Of a stretch of DNA of 64,000 bases, positions 61,757 to 64,000 are shown one piece after another. Made by a program: the position numbers and the translations under genes. Below the pieces are notes generated by a model. The model searched no databases. It was not told the origin of the DNA and worked only from the letters and a program-made list of their open reading frames with translations. Position 1 is the stretch's first letter; each line of letters opens with the position of its first letter. Source of the DNA: a bacterium (GTDB lineage Bacteria; Zhuqueibacterota; Zhuqueibacteria; Residuimicrobiales; Krinioviventaceae); contig CAXXFV010000008.1 of NCBI GenBank assembly GCA_963674595.2, positions 1 through 64,000 of the forward strand, written 5' to 3'.

Positions 61757-63117
61757 ATGGATTTAAAAACGAATTAAAATTATTAGTCATGAAAAAGATT
61801 TGCATCTGCAAAAGCGGATCGAGAATTTATCGGTAAAATATAAAGTACGTGTTGAAACAACTTTTTCATTTAAAGAGTTTGCAGAGACAATAAATATCGG
61901 AAAATATACGGTGTTGATACTCACGAATGAAACTGTTGAGGAAAATTCTAAAAAATTATTTGGGCTGTTACAAACTATTTCACAAAAAAGTCCGAAAATT
62001 CAGATACTTTTATTTGTTAAGGAGAAAAATATTGCCATTGCCGTAGAAGCGTTTAAGGCAGGAACATTTCAATATGTAAAACTACCGGTTCGCGATGAAG
62101 AATTAAAACTGGTTATTGAAAACGGCTATAGAACGTCAGCCACAAATTGTTGAGGAAGAACTTGTCAGCACCAGGGGGAAGGTCAGGTTTGGTGATATTA
62201 TCGGAAGCTCTGCTTCTATGCTGGAAGTTTATGATCACATTTCCCAGGCTGCACAGACTGATATACCCGTCCTAATATTGGGTGAAACCGGTACCGGTAA
62301 AGATTTGGTGGCTTCTACCATTCACAAAATGAGTGCCAGGGCCGGGCAGCCTTATCTTGCCGTTAACCTGGGTGCGCTTCCTTCCGAATTAGTCGGCAGT
62401 GAACTGTTTGGCCATGAAAAAGGTGCATTTACCGGTGCGGTGCAGCAACATAATGGTGTTTTTGAGCAAGGTGATAAAGGCACTGTTTTTCTTGATGAAA
62501 TTGACACGATGGATGAAAAAGTCCAGGTAAGTTTGTTACGCCTCCTTGAACAAAAAAAGTTTAAAAGACTTGGCGGAACGCACAATATTAACAGCAAGGC
62601 ACGGCTTGTTGCTGCAACAAATGAAAATATCGACAACCTGGTTGAATCGGGTGCTTTTCGTAATGATTTATTTTATCGGCTGGATGTATTTCGAATTGCT
62701 TTACCACCTTTGCGGGAAAGAAAAAGTGATATTCCATTGCTGGTTGATGAAATGTTGTTGAAATATTCAAAAACCTATAAAAAATCCATCTCATCGATCA
62801 GTCCGGATGCCATTGAAGCATTATTAAGCTTTGATTGGCCCGGAAATGTAAGAGAATTAAAAAATGTCATCCAGCGCGCTGTAATTTTTTGTAATGAAGA
62901 AGAGCTTCAAGTTGAACATTTACCACCACGATTTCACAATCAAGTTTATGAAACAAAATCAATATCAATTCCTCTTGGTATGTCATTGGATAATGTAGAA
63001 CGGGAAATGGTTTTGCACGCTCTGGCGGCAACAAATAATAATAGGACAGAAGCTGCCAAGCTCCTGGGGATAAGTCGACGTGCTCTTTATAATAAATTAA
63101 ATAAACACAATCTTTAA
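61757..63117 (+). CDS. Sigma54-dependent NtrC-family activator (degenerate receiver + AAA+ + Fis HTH), frameshifted near 61770 and 62120
   Basis: GETGTGKD, SELFGHEKGAFTGA, FLDEI, FR.DLFYRL, WPGNVREL, AAKLLGISR. Confidence 0.88.
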
Positions 63118-63273
63118 TGTGTGATTGTTCGGTACACTTGATTTTTCATTAAAAGGTTACTTTAAGCCTAATTGTCTGTTTTTAACGGATAGTATTTTGG
63201 GAGGTCATTTGTGTGTACCAAATGTTTACAATTCCCTCATTTTTCTTCTGTTAGGTGTACTGATTTTGCACAC
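63118..63273. promoter_or_regulatory. Three putative enhancer (UAS) sites
   Basis: GTGTAC-N7-nnACA-like motifs at ~63118-63137 (reverse), ~63213-63230 and ~63255-63273. Confidence 0.5.
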
Positions 63274-63356
63274 ATTCTATTTTGAAAATAATTAACGGTT
63301 TTAAGCTGATTTTTTAAATTTAATGTTATTAGTATGTTACGATTTTATGTCAATTC

Positions 63357-63372
63357 TGGCATTATAGTTGTA
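63357..63372 (+). promoter_or_regulatory. Sigma54 (-24/-12) promoter
   Basis: TGGCAT-TATAG-TTGTA downstream of activator gene and UAS-like sites. Confidence 0.6.
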
Positions 63373-63518
63373 TTAACAAGTAATAATAGTGTGTATGGAG
63401 ATGATTGAATATATTGAGTGATGTTTTTCCCGGGTCAGGTTTTATTTAGTGATTTTTTGTTTTTGTTCAAGATAAAACTGTATAATTTGCAATTTTTTTA
63501 ACGATAAAATTTTTAAGA

Positions 63519-63893
63519 ATGCAAAATAACAAACATGTACTCATTCTTACAGATAATGAAGACAATGAAATTGTTCGATTGCTGTTAAAGTGCAGAGTAG
63601 TACCCATAACGCAAAGATCAATTTTATCTTCTTTGGATATATTGCGCCATGTCGACATTTATGCAATTATTATTGATATTGAGCTGCACAGTGTTGATGT
63701 AATAGAGTTCGTATTAAATGCCAGAGACATTACCAATGTACCAATTTTTGTATTGGACCCATATTATAAAAAAGAAAAATGGAGTGTTGTAGAAAAAATC
63801 GGGGAAATTAATTTCAGTAAAAGTATCATTTTACTTAAAACTGAGATTGAGAATTTGTTCAAGATTAATAAAAATATACAGGAGAATAAATGA
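63519..63893 (+). CDS. Degenerate receiver (CheY-like) domain protein
   Basis: 'VLILTDN', 'AIIIDIEL...D.IEFV..AR...NVPIFVL'. Confidence 0.55.
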   Translation: MQNNKHVLILTDNEDNEIVRLLLKCRVVPITQRSILSSLDILRHVDIYAIIIDIELHSVDVIEFVLNARDITNVPIFVLDPYYKKEKWSVVEKIGEINFSKSIILLKTEIENLFKINKNIQENK

Positions 63894-64000
63894 CGATTTA
63901 TAATAACCATCAACAGGATATTGCGAAACGAATTCAAGAAAAAGTGCCCAAATCGATGTGGAAAGACTGGAAATGGCAGATGAAACATTGTGTTAAGGAT
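63890..64000 (+). CDS. Lysine 2,3-aminomutase (KamA/AblA family) N-terminus, truncated by window edge
   Basis: RBS AGGAG; MTIYNNHQQDIAKRIQEKVPKSMWKDWKWQMKHCVKD contains the family 'W.DW.WQ' motif. Confidence 0.65.
   Translation, partial: MTIYNNHQQDIAKRIQEKVPKSMWKDWKWQMKHCVKD

Noticed and set aside
3308-63988. Numerous 60-150 aa ORFs overlapping longer genes
   Set aside because: Shadow ORFs in other frames or strands of well-supported genes.

Overview
AT-rich bacterial DNA, probably from an FCB-group lineage such as KSB1/Calditrichota (inferred from 'YPNPFNP' C-terminal sorting domains, PorV/PorQ-like barrels and the use of Shine-Dalgarno sites). Bases 1-18 kb hold a co-directional surface-polysaccharide modification locus: three FemAB-like transferases, AsnB, a nucleotide-sugar dehydrogenase, deacetylases, GT2 and GT39-like enzymes, a GH38-like secreted enzyme and a GYF_2-MinD fusion. 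Bases 18-50 kb hold secreted or surface proteins (including a 2005-aa LVIVD/beta-helix protein facing a membrane LuxR regulator), carbohydrate-active enzymes, a TetR operon with two visible operators, and rsgA with a long leader. The most unusual part is 50-57.1 kb. There an intact REP-associated tyrosine transposase (RAYT), GTAG-REP palindromes and an internally deleted RAYT copy are interleaved with three clear copies and one diverged copy of a ~120-bp promoter+hairpin element. Each element sits in front of a different unrelated gene, and one of those genes is bracketed by 15-bp inverted repeats. The window ends with an NtrC-type activator, a sigma54 promoter and the start of a lysine 2,3-aminomutase-like gene. 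Clustered frameshifts at 14-21 kb and ~62 kb look like long-read consensus errors. No rRNA, tRNA or CRISPR array was seen.
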